Below are positions 62,518-64,000 of a stretch of 64,000 nt of DNA, piece after piece (within the stretch, counting starts at the first letter, position 1; each line of letters begins with the position of its first letter). The stretch spans positions 51,925,740 to 51,989,739 of the forward strand of contig NC_092647.1 of NCBI RefSeq assembly GCF_039555335.1. The letters run 5' to 3'. Position numbers and translations under genes: made by a program. The notes below the pieces were generated by a model that was given only the letters and a program-made list of their open reading frames with translations, was not told the origin of the DNA and ran no database searches. The stretch comes from Amphiura filiformis. Taxonomy: Eukaryota.

Positions 62518-62719
62518 CTGTATCAGCTATTGATCCCCACGTATTCCATATTAAAACCTGAGTACCCGCTATAGCAGTGTATAACGCCAGAAGATACCAC
62601 CGCCGTCCATAGGTGGTGTATTGATGATCTTCAGGTGGTGTTGATTGATTGGTCCAGTTGATGTTAGTACTTTCTGGAGTCGGTGAAGTATTTTTTAGTA
62701 ACGGAGCCCTTTCATCCAT
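62518..62719 (-). CDS. MFS paralog 2 exon 1, encoding MDERAPLLKN... and TM1.
   Basis: Paralog of 48150-48351. Donor ACAG|GTATGT. Confidence 0.7.
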
Positions 62720-64000
62720 GATCCATGTCCGATATCAAAATGCAGATGTTAACATTTGATGCCTAATGACATCGGCGCTGCAGCTAGGTTGTCATGTAAA
62801 ATACCCGCAGTACATTTACTTGTTTCTCAATTTAACACACCGGAGTATTTGTTGATCTGTTGATGTGAAATATGAAAAAGACATATTAGGCTACGTACTC
62901 CAAAATTAAACACCTGTCATTTACCCTCTTAAGGCTACGCTAAGTTTTTACAACATCTGTCCTCATTGGTGCACGTAGACTCATTCAAAATTATTTTTTC
63001 TGAAAATAAATGTCGTAGGAAGGAACTTTACAGAGCATCTAAAGGTCTAAGGGGTGGTGCAATAATTATGTGTACCCCCCCGGGGGTGAATTATAGGGGG
63101 GGGGGGCAAAGCTTTTTTGGCAGGCCAAAAGGGGGGGGCAAGCATTTTTTGGCAGGTCGAAAGGGGGGGTCAAGCGATTTTTGGCAGGTCGAAAGGGGGG
63201 GGCAAGCAATTTTTGGCACAGATATTTTGGGCACCGTTTCTATATTACGCCCTAAAAAGGCGTAGGAAAACGTTACGAACACGTTCAAATATGCAAAATT
63301 TCCTGCTCGCTGCGCTCGCATTATATGTTAAGACAATTTAAGGTTTTAAATTCGGGTTCCCCAAAATCTTGCATGTGTAAGGGGGGGGGGGGGCAAAGGT
63401 TTTTTGGCACGGCCAAAGGGGGGGGCAAGCGATTTTTGGCAGACCATTTTGAGAATTCACCCCCCCGGTACACATAATTATTGCACCACCCCTAAGGATT
63501 CTTTTTTAATAATCATCTTATTCTGAGCCAAAGGGAACTTAAACCTTTGTTGCTAGTGTTTGAAATTTTTACTTCATTCAAGCACCGTGCCTTTCTTTAA
63601 ATCACTTCATTTTGGAAAGCTTTTGGAAAACGGCTCTCGTTTCTAGTAACAAACTAGAGAAATAATGTTGATATGTAAAATGGGAATATGTGGTTCCTGA
63701 TTTCTTTTATGACTATATGTTTTATGAATTTGGTAATTTTCAGTGCTCCGCACCTATCAAAAACGATTTGGTTAAATTGCTTCTATTTTTAATGTTAAGC
63801 TATATATATTTTGCATTTTAACTAGCGACATTATTTCAGTGAAACCTAATTGTAAAAAGTTTCCATGACCAGACTACAGCAATATTGAAAAAAATCTCTC
63901 GTCACCTTACACCTATATCTCTTTTCCATTTCAACTAGACAGTATTGATTCATGCCATTTCGTATCCTTAATGAAATGACCATTATGTCAAAACGGCATT

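Noticed and set aside
1-64000. Prokaryotic-type features (CRISPR arrays, operons, rho-independent terminators, rRNA).
   Set aside because: Spliced multi-exon genes, LINE/LTR/PLE retroelements and MITEs indicate a eukaryotic nuclear context. No direct-repeat/spacer arrays or rRNA-like stretches were seen.

Overview
This is AT-rich, transposon-dense eukaryotic (most likely invertebrate metazoan) nuclear DNA. There are no prokaryotic features such as CRISPR arrays or operons. Two tandemly duplicated gene clusters fill the window.

1. Positions 1 to 35.7 kb, + strand: a tandem array of at least three paralogous class-B2 (adhesion/secretin-like) GPCR genes. Each has a 3-exon structure:
- a 64-nt signal-peptide exon;
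- a single ~2.4-2.5 kb exon encoding a novel Cys-rich ectodomain plus TM1-TM5;
- a terminal exon encoding TM6-TM7 and a cytoplasmic tail.
Paralog 0 is represented only by its terminal exon. Paralogs A and B are complete. Paralog B carries a young Ty3/Gypsy LTR retrotransposon in intron 1.

2. Positions 36.9 to 62.7 kb, - strand: two tandem paralogs of an 11-exon MFS transporter gene of the SLC49 / FLVCR-like family. The models include a mini-exon that uses a GC-AG intron. Each paralog carries one private frameshifting indel in a different exon.

The remaining sequence is mobile DNA. It comprises:
- a CR1/L2-like LINE with endonuclease and reverse-transcriptase ORFs;
- three Penelope-like element (PLE) fragments with GIY-YIG domains;
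- two tRNA-derived SINE-like units;
- at least eight MITE or foldback families;
- several minisatellites.

Coordinates of splice sites were derived by hand from AG/GT (or GC) dinucleotides and from phase consistency between exons. All homology statements are from visual motif recognition and were not checked against a database.
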